Assembly (NCBI GenBank): GCA_016191385.1
Contig: JACPOT010000047.1
Coordinates: 1 to 55,437 of the forward strand
Length of the DNA: 55,437 nucleotides
From: Chloroflexota bacterium
GTDB taxonomy: Bacteria > Chloroflexota > Limnocylindria > P2-11E
Reading direction: 5' to 3'
Below are positions 26,596 to 37,483 of the stretch, one piece after another. A model generated the notes under the pieces. The model saw nothing but the letters and a program-made list of their open reading frames with translations, ran no database searches and was not told where the DNA came from. Position 1 is the stretch's first letter. Every line of letters starts with the position of its first letter. A program made the position numbers and the translations under genes.

Positions 26596-27080
26596 GGGGT
26601 GCCCCCTTTCGGTGCGATGAGGCCGCGACGATACCTGCGATCCTTGGCGGCGGCCATGCGCCTCTTGTCCTCGTCGGTCTCGGCGATCACCGGGGGGATC
26701 GGCCGCGGCCGGCCGTGGTCGTCGATGGCCACGAAGACGAGGTACGCGCTCGCGACGTGTGCGACCTTTCCCGTCAGGGTGTTCTCCGCCTCGACGCGGA
26801 CCCCGACCTCCATGCTCGTGCGGCCCACCTCGTTCACGGATGCGCGAGCGGTCACGAGGTCCCCGACGAGGACGGGCGACACGAATGAAAGCTCGTCGAT
26901 GCGCGCGGTCACGACCTTCGTGCGCGCGTGGCGCTGCGCGGCCGCGCCGGCGCACGAGTCGATGAGCTTCACTATCTCGCCGCCGTGCACGTTGCCCCAG
27001 GGGTTGGCATCGGAAGGCAGCATCGCCCGCGCCATCACCGTCTTCGACGCCGACATGGGTCGCGGCGACATGTCGCTCAC
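26592..27080 (-). CDS. Acyl-CoA thioesterase (hotdog fold)
   Basis: DANPWGNVHGG, VGRTSMEVGV. Confidence 0.92.
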   Translation of the reverse strand: MSDMSPRPMSASKTVMARAMLPSDANPWGNVHGGEIVKLIDSCAGAAAQRHARTKVVTARIDELSFVSPVLVGDLVTARASVNEVGRTSMEVGVRVEAENTLTGKVAHVASAYLVFVAIDDHGRPRPIPPVIAETDEDKRRMAAAKDRRYRRGLIAPKGGTP

Positions 27081-27100
27081 GCGAGGGCATCCTATGCCGC

Positions 27101-27601
27101 GTGTCCGTCCTCTCGCGCGAGGAGCTCCGTACCCTGCTCGGCGCGGATCCGCCGCTTGTCGAGGACATCGATGAGGCCACGCAGCTGCAGCCCAACGGGA
27201 TCGACCTCCGTGCCGAGCGGATCCACCGGCTGACCTCGCGCGGTGCCCTCGGCGTCTATGCGCGCGAGCCCGCGGAGCGGACGGAGGCGCGATCCGATCC
27301 GGACGGCTGGTGGGACCTCGCGCCAGGCGGCTACGTGATCGGGTATCGCGAGAAGGTGAATCTGCCGCCCGACCTCATGGCGCTCCTGCGTCCACGGTCG
27401 AGCCTGCTGCGGTCCGGCGTGACGATCCACGGCGCGGTGTGGGATGCGGGCTACTCGGGCCGTGGCGAAGGGCTACTCGCGGTGTGGGGTAGCGGCTTCC
27501 GGCTGCAGCGCGGAGCGCGCGTGGCGCAGCTCGTGTTCTTCCGCCTCTCGTCACCGACCACCCAGGGATACCGGGGTATCTATCAACGGGAGAACACGTG
27601 A
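27101..27601 (+). CDS. dUTPase / dCTP deaminase family protein
   Basis: QPNGIDL, PRSSLLRSG, WDAGYSG, YRGIYQ. Confidence 0.88.
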   Translation: MSVLSREELRTLLGADPPLVEDIDEATQLQPNGIDLRAERIHRLTSRGALGVYAREPAERTEARSDPDGWWDLAPGGYVIGYREKVNLPPDLMALLRPRSSLLRSGVTIHGAVWDAGYSGRGEGLLAVWGSGFRLQRGARVAQLVFFRLSSPTTQGYRGIYQRENT

Positions 27602-27760
27602 TCAGCGCTCGGCCGGATCACGTTGCCTCGGGTCGGCCCGTCCGCAGTACTCGGTCGCTCCTCGCCCTCCTCTAAGTCCGTCCTGTCCGCTGGAGGGTCG
27701 GGCTCGTCGCTTCCTCGCCGGATCGGGCCTCCCCTCGACCTGATCCGGCCTCGCGCTGAT
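27601..27760. repeat. 160-bp long imperfect palindrome (REP/MITE-like) between convergent genes
   Basis: Nested arms ATCAGCGC/GCGCTGAT, GGCCGGATCA/TGATCCGGCC, GGCCCG/CGGGCC, CCCTCC/GGAGGG. Confidence 0.75.
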
Positions 27761-27766
27761 GTCTCT

Positions 27767-28711
27767 CTACAACTGCGGGATCACCTGCTGAGCGAAAACG
27801 CCTAGGCACTCACGGTCGTAGCCGTACGGGAAGACCGGTATGAGGTACGAGACGCCGAGCTTGACGTAGGCGCGCAGCGCTTCCGCCACGCGGTCCGGCG
27901 TCCCCACGGGCTGGCCCGCGCGGCGTGACAGCCACACGTCCGGGGTGACATTCGCGCGCGCGGCCAGGTCGCGCACGATCTCGTCGAGGCGCGACTGCGA
28001 CTCGGCGACGAGCACGGGACCGAAGTGGCTGCGCCGGATCTCCGCGGGATCGCGCTTGATCGCGCGGCAGGCGGTCTCGAGCTCGCGCATGGCCGCCGCG
28101 TAGACGTCGGGCAGCGCGAAGCCGCCCACGTTCACGGCATCGGCGTGCTTCGCGATCACGCGCATCATCCGCGGCTTCGAGCCCGCGATCCACATGGGCA
28201 GCGGACGCTGTGCCGGCTTGGGCATGCACTGCGCGGCGTCGATGCGGTAGTGATTCCCGTGATACGTCGCCTTCTCCTCGCCCCACATGCGCTTGCAGAT
28301 CTCGATCGTCTCGCTGAGCTGCTCGACGCGCACGCCGGGTGAGGGGAACTCGTAGCCGTACGCCTCGTACTCGAGCTGCTTCCAGCCGGCGCCGATGCCG
28401 AACTCGAGGCGCCCTCCGGACAGGACGTCGACGCTCGCGGCGATCTTCGCCAGCAGTGCGGGATTGCGGTACGACTGGCACGACACCAGCGTTCCGAGGC
28501 GCAGGCGTTTCGTCACCTGCGTGAGGCCCGCCAGGAGGCTCCACGCCTCGAGGCAGTCGGTGCGCTCGGACGTCGCGTTCAGGAAGAGGTGGTCCGAGAC
28601 CCACAGCCCCGCAGCGCCCAGCTCCTCCGCGTCGCGCGCGATCGCGCGCACCTCGTCCCACGAGAAGCCGAACTGCGGCTCGATCTGGATGCCGAACGAG
28701 ACCGCCCTCAC
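27767..28711 (-). CDS. LLM-class (probably F420-dependent) oxidoreductase
   Basis: [35 protein letters not shown]. Confidence 0.92.
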   Translation of the reverse strand: MRAVSFGIQIEPQFGFSWDEVRAIARDAEELGAAGLWVSDHLFLNATSERTDCLEAWSLLAGLTQVTKRLRLGTLVSCQSYRNPALLAKIAASVDVLSGGRLEFGIGAGWKQLEYEAYGYEFPSPGVRVEQLSETIEICKRMWGEEKATYHGNHYRIDAAQCMPKPAQRPLPMWIAGSKPRMMRVIAKHADAVNVGGFALPDVYAAAMRELETACRAIKRDPAEIRRSHFGPVLVAESQSRLDEIVRDLAARANVTPDVWLSRRAGQPVGTPDRVAEALRAYVKLGVSYLIPVFPYGYDRECLGVFAQQVIPQL

Positions 28712-30348
28712 AGGCCCGGCAGGTCGAGGTCGCGCGCGCGCGCGAATCCGAGCGCTTCGGGATAGCCCGCGTCGGCGTGCCGCATGACGCCACTGCCGGG
28801 GTCGGTCGTGAGCACGCGGCGCAGCTTCTCGCGCCCGAGCGGCGTCCCATCGGCGACGGCGACCATCCCGCTATGGATGGAGAAGCCGATCCCGACGCCT
28901 CCGCCGTGATGCACCGAGACCCACGTCGCGCCCGCCGACGTGTTGAGCAGGGCGTTGAGGATCGGCCAGTCCGCGATGGCGTCGCTGCCGTCGCGCATCC
29001 CCTCGGTCTCGCGGAACGGCGACGCGACGGACCCGGAGTCGAGGTGGTCGCGTCCGATCACGATGGGCGCCGAGATCTCGCCGCGTTCGACGAGCACATC
29101 CATGGCCTCGCCGAACTCGGCGCGCTCGCCGTAGCCGAGCCAGCAGACGCGCGCGGGCAGCCCCTGGAACGGCACGCGCTCCGACGCGAGCCGGATCCAG
29201 CGCGCGAGGATCTCGTCGTGGGGGAAGAGCTCGGTGACGAGGCGGTCGGTGCGCTTGATGTCGCCCGCGTCGCCGGAGAGCGCGACCCAGCGGAAGGGCC
29301 CGCGGCCCTCCGAGAACATCGGGCGGATGTACTCGACCACGAAGCCCGGGTAGGAGAAGGCCTCGGCGAAGCCGCCGCGCTGCGCCATCGCGCGTAGGTT
29401 GTTCCCGTAGTCGAACGCGACCGCGCCGCTCTTCGCCAGGGCGACGATGGCCTCGCAGTGGCGGGCCATGCTCGCCAGCGACCGCGCCACGTAGCCGTCC
29501 GGGTCCGAGCGGCGCAGGGGATCGGGGTCCTCGACGCCCGCGGGCACGTAGCCATCGAGCGGGTCGTGCGCGCTCGTCTGGTCTGTGACCACGTCCACCT
29601 TCACGGCGCGCCGGACCAGCTCGGGCAGCACCTCGGCGGCGTTCCCGACGAGACCGATGGACAGTGGCGCGCGCGCCGCGCGTGAGCGCTCCACCCGGGC
29701 GAGCGCGTCGTCGAGCGAGAGCGAGACCTCGTCGAGGAAGCCCTGGCGGTGGCGGCGCTCGGCGTGGCGCGGGTCCACCTCGATCACGAGCGCGACCCCG
29801 CCGTTCATCGTGACGGCCAGCGGCTGCGCGCCGCCCATCCCGCCGAGGCCCGCGGTGACCACGAGCCGGCCGGCGAGCGATCCGCCGAAGTGGCGCCGCG
29901 CGACGGCGGCGAACGTCTCATAGGTCCCCTGCAGGATCCCCTGGGTCCCGATGTAGATCCAGGACCCCGCGGTCATCTGCCCGTACATCGTGAGTCCCAT
30001 CGCCTCGAGGCGGCGGAACTCCTCCCACGTCGCCCAGTGAGGCACCAGCAGCGCATTGGCGATGAGCACCCGCGGGGCCCACTCGTGCGTGCGGAACACA
30101 CCGACCGGCTTGCCCGACTGCACGAGGAGCGTTTCGTCCGACCTCAGCCGTCGCAGCGTCGCGAGGATGCGGTCGAAGGCATCCCACGACCGCGCGGCCC
30201 GCCCGGTGCCGCCATAGACCACGAGGTCCTCGGGCCGCTCGGCGACATCGGGGTCGAGGTTGTTCTGGATCATGCGGAACGCCGCTTCCTGCGGCCAGGC
30301 GAGGCACGAGATCCCGCGCCCGCGCGGCGCGCGCACCACCCGGCTCAT
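28708..30348 (-). CDS. hutU: Urocanate hydratase
   Basis: [54 protein letters not shown]. Confidence 0.98.
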   Translation of the reverse strand: MSRVVRAPRGRGISCLAWPQEAAFRMIQNNLDPDVAERPEDLVVYGGTGRAARSWDAFDRILATLRRLRSDETLLVQSGKPVGVFRTHEWAPRVLIANALLVPHWATWEEFRRLEAMGLTMYGQMTAGSWIYIGTQGILQGTYETFAAVARRHFGGSLAGRLVVTAGLGGMGGAQPLAVTMNGGVALVIEVDPRHAERRHRQGFLDEVSLSLDDALARVERSRAARAPLSIGLVGNAAEVLPELVRRAVKVDVVTDQTSAHDPLDGYVPAGVEDPDPLRRSDPDGYVARSLASMARHCEAIVALAKSGAVAFDYGNNLRAMAQRGGFAEAFSYPGFVVEYIRPMFSEGRGPFRWVALSGDAGDIKRTDRLVTELFPHDEILARWIRLASERVPFQGLPARVCWLGYGERAEFGEAMDVLVERGEISAPIVIGRDHLDSGSVASPFRETEGMRDGSDAIADWPILNALLNTSAGATWVSVHHGGGVGIGFSIHSGMVAVADGTPLGREKLRRVLTTDPGSGVMRHADAGYPEALGFARARDLDLPGL

Positions 30349-31874
30349 GCGAGCTCGGCGAAGCGCTGGCGGACCGCGGTGACGAGGACCTCGCGCGCGA
30401 TCGCGTCGGCCACCGCGCCGATGTCCGCCGCGAGGGACCGGTCCTCATTGAGCGTCGCGGACCGCTCGCGGATCACGGTCTTCGCCTCTTCGATCGGCTC
30501 GGCCGACCGCATCGCGAGCAGATCCAGGCCCTGCGCCGCGCACAGCGCCTCGATGGCGAGGATGTCGCGCACGTTGCGCACGACGGCGGTGAGCTTGTGG
30601 GCCGCGTGCACCCCCATGCTCACGTGGTCCTCCATGCCCGCCGACGTGGGGATCGACTGGATCGAGGCTGGTGTCGCGCGCATGCGGTCCTCGGCCACGA
30701 GGGCGGCGGCCGTGTACTGCGCGACCATGAAGCCGGAGCTCGATCCGGGCCTTCGGGTGAGGAACGCCGGCAGGCCCGAGGTGTGGCCATTCGTGAGGCG
30801 GTCGATGCGCGCCTCGGAGATGTCGCCGAGCTGCGCGACCGCGATCGTCGCGAGGTCGAGCGCCACGGCGACGGGCTGGCCGTGGAAGTTCCCGCCCGAG
30901 AGGATGCGGCCGTCCTCGGGGAAGACCAGCGGATTGTCCGTCGCGGAGTTGATCTCGATCTCGAGCACGCGCCGCGTGTAGGCGAGCGCGTCGCGCGTCG
31001 CGCCATGGACCTGCGGGACGCAGCGAACGGAGTACGGGTCCTGGACGCGCGGATCGCCGACCCGGTGCGACTCGCGGATGGGGCTGCCCATGACGAGCTC
31101 GCGGAGGTTCGCCGCGACCACGCGCTGCCCGGGATGGGGGCGCGCGTCGTGGATCGCGGGATCCCACGCCTGATCCGTCGCCCGCAGGGCCTCGGCCGAC
31201 ATCGCGGCGATCACATCGGCGGACGAGGCCAGCACCTCGGCGTCATAGAGGGCAAGGCACCCGATGGCCGTCATGACCTGCGTCCCGTTGATGAGCGCGA
31301 GCCCCTCTTTCGGCGCGAGCTCCACCGGCTTGAGACCCGCGTGGCGGAGCGCGTCGGCCGCGCTCTTGCGCTTGCCGTCGTGCAACGCCTCGCCTTCGCC
31401 GATGAGCACGAGCGCCATGTGCGCGAGCGGCGCCAGGTCGCCGGACGCTCCGACGCTCCCGTGCATCGGGATCACGGGAAGGACACTGCGGTTGAGCATG
31501 TCGATGAGCAGCTCGAGCGTCTCCTTGCGGATGCCGGAGCGCCCTGAGGCCAGCGTGTTCGCCCGCAACGCCATGACCGCTCGGACGCTCTCCGCGGGCA
31601 GCGGGTCGCCGGTCCCCATCGCGTGACTGCGAAGGAGGTCCCGCTGCAGGGCGCGCAGGTCGGCCATCGGGATGCGCACCGTCGAGAGGTCGCCGAAGCC
31701 TGTATTGACCCCGTACACCGGATCGTCCCGCTTGGCGACGTCCTCGATGAGCTTGGCCGCGGCCTGCACGCGCTGTTCGGCGTGACGCTCGAGGCCGACG
31801 GCGACCCCGCGGCGCGCGACGCCGACGAGATCGGCGATCGTGAGGTCGTGGCCGGTGAGCCGGATGGTGGTCAG
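30345..31874 (-). CDS. hutH: Histidine ammonia-lyase (start CTG 31874 or GTG 31910)
   Basis: [21 protein letters not shown] (ASG/MIO), [21 protein letters not shown]. Confidence 0.97.
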   Translation of the reverse strand: MTTIRLTGHDLTIADLVGVARRGVAVGLERHAEQRVQAAAKLIEDVAKRDDPVYGVNTGFGDLSTVRIPMADLRALQRDLLRSHAMGTGDPLPAESVRAVMALRANTLASGRSGIRKETLELLIDMLNRSVLPVIPMHGSVGASGDLAPLAHMALVLIGEGEALHDGKRKSAADALRHAGLKPVELAPKEGLALINGTQVMTAIGCLALYDAEVLASSADVIAAMSAEALRATDQAWDPAIHDARPHPGQRVVAANLRELVMGSPIRESHRVGDPRVQDPYSVRCVPQVHGATRDALAYTRRVLEIEINSATDNPLVFPEDGRILSGGNFHGQPVAVALDLATIAVAQLGDISEARIDRLTNGHTSGLPAFLTRRPGSSSGFMVAQYTAAALVAEDRMRATPASIQSIPTSAGMEDHVSMGVHAAHKLTAVVRNVRDILAIEALCAAQGLDLLAMRSAEPIEEAKTVIRERSATLNEDRSLAADIGAVADAIAREVLVTAVRQRFAELA

Positions 31875-32401
31875 CGGGTATCTACCTCGCGCAAGGTCGT
31901 CCGATACCACTCGCTGAGCTCGACGTAGTGCTCCGACGCCTGGACCGTCCAGCGCGCGTCCTCGGGCCGTACCTCGCGCACGACGCGCGCCGGGATCCCG
32001 AGGACGAGCGAGCGGCCCGGCACCTTCATGCCCTCGGGAACGACCGCTCCCGCGCCCACGATCGTCTCGGCACCGACCGTGTTCTCGCCGACGAGGACCG
32101 CGGCCTGGCCGATGAGCACGTTGCGCTCGACGACGCTCGAGTGGACGAGAGCGTTGTGGCCGATGGTGACGTCGCTGCCGACGATGGTGGGGCGGTCGAC
32201 ATCCGTATGGAGGGTCGAGTTGTCCTGGACGTTCGCTCGCGCGCCGATCTCGATGCGGTCCATGTCCCCACGAAGGACGCAGCCGAACCACACGGACGAA
32301 CCTTCCGCGAGCGTGACGTCGCCGATGAGGACGGCGGTGGGAGCGACGAAGGCGGTGGGATGGACGCGCGGCGATCGCCCTTTGTACGAGTAGAGCGGCA
32401 T
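31871..32401 (-). CDS. Gamma carbonic anhydrase family protein
   Basis: Hexapeptide repeats; LRGD, NVQDN..H, TIGH..H. Confidence 0.92.
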   Translation of the reverse strand: MPLYSYKGRSPRVHPTAFVAPTAVLIGDVTLAEGSSVWFGCVLRGDMDRIEIGARANVQDNSTLHTDVDRPTIVGSDVTIGHNALVHSSVVERNVLIGQAAVLVGENTVGAETIVGAGAVVPEGMKVPGRSLVLGIPARVVREVRPEDARWTVQASEHYVELSEWYRTTLREVDTR

Positions 32402-32414
32402 GGCCGCTCGTACT

Positions 32415-33161
32415 CTAGGCGGGGCTCACCGAGCCGTTCTCCGCGATGCGGTAGCCGAAGCCGCGCGACGTCTCGATGCTCACCTCCACGACGCCGGCGT
32501 CCAGGAGCTTCTTGCGCAGCCGGCCGACGTGGACGTCGACGAGGCGCGTATCGCTGCCGGGTTCGTATCCCCAGACGGTCGTGAGCAGGTCGTCGCGCGT
32601 GAAGACCTTCCCCGGCTCGTTCGCCATCGTGCGGAGGAGCTTGAACTCGGTCGGGGTGAGCGGGATGGGCTGCTCGCCCGCGACGGCCTGGACCGCCGCG
32701 AGGTCGATGACCAGGCGACCGAACCGCATCTGCGTCTGCGCCGCGGTGCGCGGCGTCCGCCCGCGGCGGAGGAGCGCCCCCACGCGCGCGAGGAGCTCGT
32801 CGCTGTCGAACGGCTTGCCCACGTAGTCGTCGGCGCCGATGCGCAGCCCGACGACGCGGTCCGGCGCGTCCTTCTTCGCCGAGAGGAACAGCACGGGCAC
32901 GTCGCTCTCACGCCGCAGCTGGAGGCAGAGGCTGATGCCATCCACGCTGGGCATGAGCACATCCAGGATGACGAGGTCGGGCTGGAACGCGCCGAAGGTC
33001 TCGACCGCCTTACGCGAGTCCGTGACGCACTTCACGGTGTAGCCCTCTTCGCTGAGGAGCTCCGTGAGCGCGGTGGCGATGGCCTCGTCATCGTCGACGA
33101 CGAGCACCTTCCCGGTCGTCTCCGTCCGGGTCGCTTCAGCCTGCAGCTTCGTATCGATCAT
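32415..33161 (-). CDS. OmpR-family response regulator (MtrA-like), orphan
   Basis: VLVVDDD, GADDYVGKPF, LTPTEF, DTRLVDVHVGRLR, RGFGY. Confidence 0.93.
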   Translation of the reverse strand: MIDTKLQAEATRTETTGKVLVVDDDEAIATALTELLSEEGYTVKCVTDSRKAVETFGAFQPDLVILDVLMPSVDGISLCLQLRRESDVPVLFLSAKKDAPDRVVGLRIGADDYVGKPFDSDELLARVGALLRRGRTPRTAAQTQMRFGRLVIDLAAVQAVAGEQPIPLTPTEFKLLRTMANEPGKVFTRDDLLTTVWGYEPGSDTRLVDVHVGRLRKKLLDAGVVEVSIETSRGFGYRIAENGSVSPA

Positions 33162-33239
33162 GCAACGAGGTGATAAAGCAGACCGCGTGCCATGGACCCG
33201 GCGTCTACCCCGGCCGCCTGCCTGCCTGACAATGCGGCT

Positions 33240-34007
33240 GTGCGACCCACTCCGGACCGGCCGTATACCGACCGCGCCTGGCTCGCTGAGCACCTGCGCC
33301 AGGAGCGCGCGGAGGCCGACCTCCTCGGCGACATCCGCGAGGCGCTCTTCGGAGCGCAGGACGGCCTCGTTGCGACGCTCGCGGTCGTGAGCACCGTCGG
33401 CGGCGCGACCAACGACCGCTACCCGATCCTCGTCGCGGGCATCGCCTCCGCTCTCGCGGGGGTCTTCTCGATGGCCGCGGGCGAGTACCTCTCCTCCAAG
33501 AGCCAGCGAGAGATCTACGTCGCGCAGATCGCCAAGGAGCGCGAAGAGGTCCACGACAGCCCGGGGGAGGCAGAGGCGGAGGTCGCCTACATGCTCGAGG
33601 AGGAGGGCCTCTCCCGCGAGGTCGCGACGCACGTCGCGTCGGAGTTCGCGAAGGAGCCGGCCGTCCTGCTCAACACGATGGTCGAGAAGGAGCTCGGGAT
33701 CCCTCCGGTCGAGGGGCGCAATGCGCTCCAAGGTGCGCTCGTCATGGGCGCCGCCTTCGGGCTCGCGGCCATCGTGCCGATCGTCGCGTACCTGTTCATC
33801 GAGCCGCGCCGCGCGTTCCCGGTCTCGTTGTTCCTGAGCGCGGCCGCGCTCTTCGGCCTCGGCGTGGTGAAGAGCCGCTGGACCATGCGTGGCTGGCTGC
33901 GGTCAGGCGCCGAGATCGTCCTGCTCGCCGCGTTCGCCGGGATCGCCGGCTTCTTCTTCGGCTCCATCCTTCCCGCACTGCTGGGGGTCGAGGCGCCCGC
34001 GGGCTAG
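33240..34007 (+). CDS. VIT1/CCC1 Fe/Mn transporter family
   Basis: IREALFGAQDGLV, SMAAGEYLS; leaderless GTG after GACAAT. Confidence 0.92.
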   Translation: MRPTPDRPYTDRAWLAEHLRQERAEADLLGDIREALFGAQDGLVATLAVVSTVGGATNDRYPILVAGIASALAGVFSMAAGEYLSSKSQREIYVAQIAKEREEVHDSPGEAEAEVAYMLEEEGLSREVATHVASEFAKEPAVLLNTMVEKELGIPPVEGRNALQGALVMGAAFGLAAIVPIVAYLFIEPRRAFPVSLFLSAAALFGLGVVKSRWTMRGWLRSGAEIVLLAAFAGIAGFFFGSILPALLGVEAPAG

Positions 34008-35041
34008 GTCGCCGCGCCGACTTTCACCGTGATGGGTTGCGCCGCGTTGTTCATGTAGCCAAGGTGTCCAGTCGCTCGTTGTTTCATCGGCTGCGCTCCG
34101 CCATCGCGCGTCCACGCGCGCGCGACGAGCACGGCGTCGCCGGGCCCGCGGGGCGACCACTCGGCGCTCCACCGCCGCCATGCGTACGGCGAGACCGGCG
34201 GCTGCACCTCGGCGTCGGACCACGTGCGCCCGCCGTCGCTGCTGAGCTCGACCCGGGCGACGGGCGAGCCACCCGACCAGCAGTAGCCGCGCACGACGAT
34301 GTGCCCGCTGACGACAGCGCCATCGGCGGGCGAGGTGATCACCGCACGCGGGGCGACGGGAGGCAGCGGCTTGCCATCGATGATGTAGCGGTCCGCTTGG
34401 AAGTGGCCGCGGAACGGACGGTCGACCGCGCCGATCCGAGCGACCCACTTCACCGACGCCATGCCGTACGAACCGGGGACGACGAGGCGCAGTGGCGCGC
34501 CGTGATCGGCGGGCAGCGGCTCGCCGTTCATGCCGAATGCCACGAGGACGTCGTCATCGAGCGCCTCGTCGACCGGCAACGATCGCTCGTATGCCAGGCG
34601 GCGGCCGGCCGCCACGCCGTGGTCCGCGCCGGCGAACACGATCTCGGTCGCGCGCGGGTCGAGCCGCGCGAGGCCGACGATGTGCCGCAGCTCGACACCC
34701 GTCCACTCGGCCGTGCCGACCGCTCCGAGGCCCCACTGCTCGCCGGCTACGGGTGGGTCGAGGAACTGCCTTCCGTTGCCGGCGCACTCGAGCGTGACGA
34801 CCAGCGAGCGGCTCGGCATGGCGAGGACGTCCTCGATGCCGAGGCTCAGGGGGTGCTCGACCAGGCCATCGACCACGAGACGGTCCCAGCGCGGGATGGG
34901 GAAGTGGCTGCGCACGTAATGGAGCGGCGCCGGCGTGATCACCCCGACCTGCTGGGAGAGCGGCGTCTCGGCATTGAACGGGTCGTCCGAGACGGCGATG
35001 AGGCGCGGATCACGGCGCGGCTCCACGGCCGTCAGTCTCAC
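34004..35041 (-). CDS. Sulfite oxidase-like molybdopterin enzyme
   Basis: NAETP, YVRSH, TLECAGNGR, HGAPLRLVVPG..SVKW. Confidence 0.92.
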   Translation of the reverse strand: MRLTAVEPRRDPRLIAVSDDPFNAETPLSQQVGVITPAPLHYVRSHFPIPRWDRLVVDGLVEHPLSLGIEDVLAMPSRSLVVTLECAGNGRQFLDPPVAGEQWGLGAVGTAEWTGVELRHIVGLARLDPRATEIVFAGADHGVAAGRRLAYERSLPVDEALDDDVLVAFGMNGEPLPADHGAPLRLVVPGSYGMASVKWVARIGAVDRPFRGHFQADRYIIDGKPLPPVAPRAVITSPADGAVVSGHIVVRGYCWSGGSPVARVELSSDGGRTWSDAEVQPPVSPYAWRRWSAEWSPRGPGDAVLVARAWTRDGGAQPMKQRATGHLGYMNNAAQPITVKVGAAT

Positions 35042-35502
35042 CGGATCGGTCCCTCGGCGACGAAGAACGCGGAGCGCTCATCGGACGGGTGCTCGATGCG
35101 GGTCACGTGCGTGAAGAACGGCGCGAGACGCGCGGTCCCGTTGCCGCGATCGAGGCGGTCGCCCTCCGCGGAGCGCGCGCGGGTGAAGACGAGGAGCCGG
35201 CCGTCGTCGCGAAGGATGCGGACGATCCCCGCCAGCACGAGGTCGACGGGGGCCGCGTCGTTGAGCATCCGGTGCGCATACGCCGTGTCGAAGCTCGCGC
35301 CGCGGAACGGGAGCCCGCGGGCATCGGCCACGGCGAGAAGGACCGATCGGCCGCGGGCCGTCGCGAGCCGAACAACATCGATGTCGACGCCGACCGCGCC
35401 CGCCGGAAGGAAGCGTCCATCTCCGCAGCCGACATCGACCACGCGTCCTCTCGTGTGGTGGGCGATCAGCTCCTCTGCCCAGGCGAGGTCACCGTCAGGC
35501 AC
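35038..35502 (-). CDS. Class I SAM-dependent methyltransferase
   Basis: VVDVGCGDG, ADARGLPF..SFD. Confidence 0.8.
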   Translation of the reverse strand: MPDGDLAWAEELIAHHTRGRVVDVGCGDGRFLPAGAVGVDIDVVRLATARGRSVLLAVADARGLPFRGASFDTAYAHRMLNDAAPVDLVLAGIVRILRDDGRLLVFTRARSAEGDRLDRGNGTARLAPFFTHVTRIEHPSDERSAFFVAEGPIR

Positions 35503-35567
35503 GGGAACGACCCTATGGCACCTCTCTCACGCCGATCTCATGTGGGCTGCCTAGCATTGCTCGGCGC

Positions 35568-36530
35568 ATGGATAGGGTCAGCGGGCTCGGCCTCGCCGTC
35601 GCCGCATTCGCGGCGTTCGCCCTCGTGGTCGGCGTCGCCGCTGGCGCTCAGGTCGTGCAGGGCGGCCTCCCGACGCCGTTCGCCCCCACGGGCGGGATCG
35701 TCGCCAGCGTCCCCGCCAGCCTGGCGGAGATGCCCGAGGTCTGGGCCGCGACCGAGGAGGGGGACATGCTGCCCGCCGGTCCCTCGGATGTCGGACCCGC
35801 GCCGTTGCCACTGACGTCCGCGCAGCCAACAGCTCCTCTCTACACCCGCATTCCCGCGCCGAAGATCGATGGCCCGCGGCGGGTCGGCATCCAGGCCGGT
35901 CACTGGCAGACGCAGCAGGCTCCGCCGGAGCTGTGGCGCCTCCTGACCTCGACCGGATCCTCGTTCGGGGGCCTCGACGAGGTCGGCATCAACCTCGACA
36001 TCGCCGAGCGGATCAAGGCGATCCTCGAGCCCAAGGGCTACGTCGTGGACGTGCTGCCCACGACGATCCCGCCGGGCTACGTCGCCGACGCCTTCGTCGC
36101 CCTGCACGCCGACAGCGACGGTGTCGGCGAGAACAGCGGATTCAAGATGGCATTCAGCGCCCGGCGGACGCCGTTCGAGGCCGACCTCATGGACACGATC
36201 AAGTCCGCTTACGGAGACGCGACGGGCCTCGACTACGATCCCCTCCGCGTTTCGAGAGCGATGACCAACTATTACGCCATGTCGTGGCAGCGGAACAAGT
36301 GGTCCACCGCGCCGCACACGCCGTCGGTGATCCTCGAGATGGGCTACATCAGCAATTACGCTGACCGCGTGCTGATGACGCAGCGCGCAAGCGTCGTGGC
36401 CGACGCGATCGCGACCGGCCTCGTGCGCTTCCTGGTCGCCTACCCGCGTGACCAGCTCTTCGGGCAGGATCTGCTCGTCCCGGCCGCGCCGGTGTTCCGT
36501 CTTAGACCGACCCCGCTGCCGTCGCCCTAG
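35568..36530 (+). CDS. N-acetylmuramoyl-L-alanine amidase (Amidase_3)
   Basis: IQAGH, E..INL, ALHAD, VILEMGYISN; N-terminal TM. Confidence 0.88.
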   Translation: MDRVSGLGLAVAAFAAFALVVGVAAGAQVVQGGLPTPFAPTGGIVASVPASLAEMPEVWAATEEGDMLPAGPSDVGPAPLPLTSAQPTAPLYTRIPAPKIDGPRRVGIQAGHWQTQQAPPELWRLLTSTGSSFGGLDEVGINLDIAERIKAILEPKGYVVDVLPTTIPPGYVADAFVALHADSDGVGENSGFKMAFSARRTPFEADLMDTIKSAYGDATGLDYDPLRVSRAMTNYYAMSWQRNKWSTAPHTPSVILEMGYISNYADRVLMTQRASVVADAIATGLVRFLVAYPRDQLFGQDLLVPAAPVFRLRPTPLPSP

Positions 36531-36545
36531 ATCCATGGTTCGGAC

Positions 36546-37451
36546 GTGACCCATCCTGGCAGGGCCATTGCCGCGCTCATCGGCAAGGTCGGCGTGTGGA
36601 CCTTCGCGTTCGACAAGTTGAGCGCGGTCGAGAGCCGCGACACCGCTCGCGCCATCGAGGCCGCGGGCGCGGGCGCGCTCTGGTTCCCGGAGTCGGTGAT
36701 CAGCCGCGAGGTCTTCGCGCAGTCGGCCCTGCTCCTGTCGTGGACCGACCGCATCCCGGTCGCGACGGGGATCGCGAACACCTGGGCGCGCGATCCCGTG
36801 GCCATGCAGAACGGCGCGCGCGCCCTGGCGGATGCCTTCCCCGGCCGCTTCATCCTCGGGCTCGGCGTCAGCCACGCGCCGGTCGTGCGCCGGCGCAGCG
36901 GCGGGACCTATGAGAAGCCGCTGCGGCACATGCGCGAGTACCTCGACGCGATGGACAGCGCGCGCTTCACGGCACCCGAGCCGGCGCAGCCCGCGCCGCG
37001 CGTCCTCGCCGCGCTCGGTCCGAAGATGCTCGCGCTCGCGGGAGAGCGGTCCGCGGGCGCGCATCCCTACTTCGTCCCGCTTGCGCACACGCCCATCGCG
37101 CGCAAGGCGCTGGGCGAGGGGCCGCTGCTCGCCGTCGAGCAGGCGGTCGTGTTCGAGGAGGATCCCATTTCCGCGCGCGCGATCGCCAAGGAGCACATGG
37201 CGGACTATCTCCGTCTCGACAACTACGCGAACAACCTGCGGCGGCTCGGCTGGAGCGACGACGACATCGCGGGACCGAGCGACCGCCTCGTTGACGCCAT
37301 CGTCGCGTGGGGGCCGATGAAGACGGTCATCGCGCGTGTGCGAGCTCACCTCGACGCGGGCGCGGACCACGTGTGCATACAGCCGCTCGCTCCTGAGGGT
37401 GTTAGGGCCGTTATGGATCGGATCGGCAACGTCATCGACGCATTCGCGTAG
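36546..37451 (+). CDS. LLM-class F420-dependent oxidoreductase
   Basis: ATGIANTWARD, GRFILGLGVSH, LAALGPKML, GAHPYF. Confidence 0.9.
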   Translation: MTHPGRAIAALIGKVGVWTFAFDKLSAVESRDTARAIEAAGAGALWFPESVISREVFAQSALLLSWTDRIPVATGIANTWARDPVAMQNGARALADAFPGRFILGLGVSHAPVVRRRSGGTYEKPLRHMREYLDAMDSARFTAPEPAQPAPRVLAALGPKMLALAGERSAGAHPYFVPLAHTPIARKALGEGPLLAVEQAVVFEEDPISARAIAKEHMADYLRLDNYANNLRRLGWSDDDIAGPSDRLVDAIVAWGPMKTVIARVRAHLDAGADHVCIQPLAPEGVRAVMDRIGNVIDAFA

Positions 37452-37483
37452 ATGGCACCGATGCTGCGCTGTGAGCCAGCATC

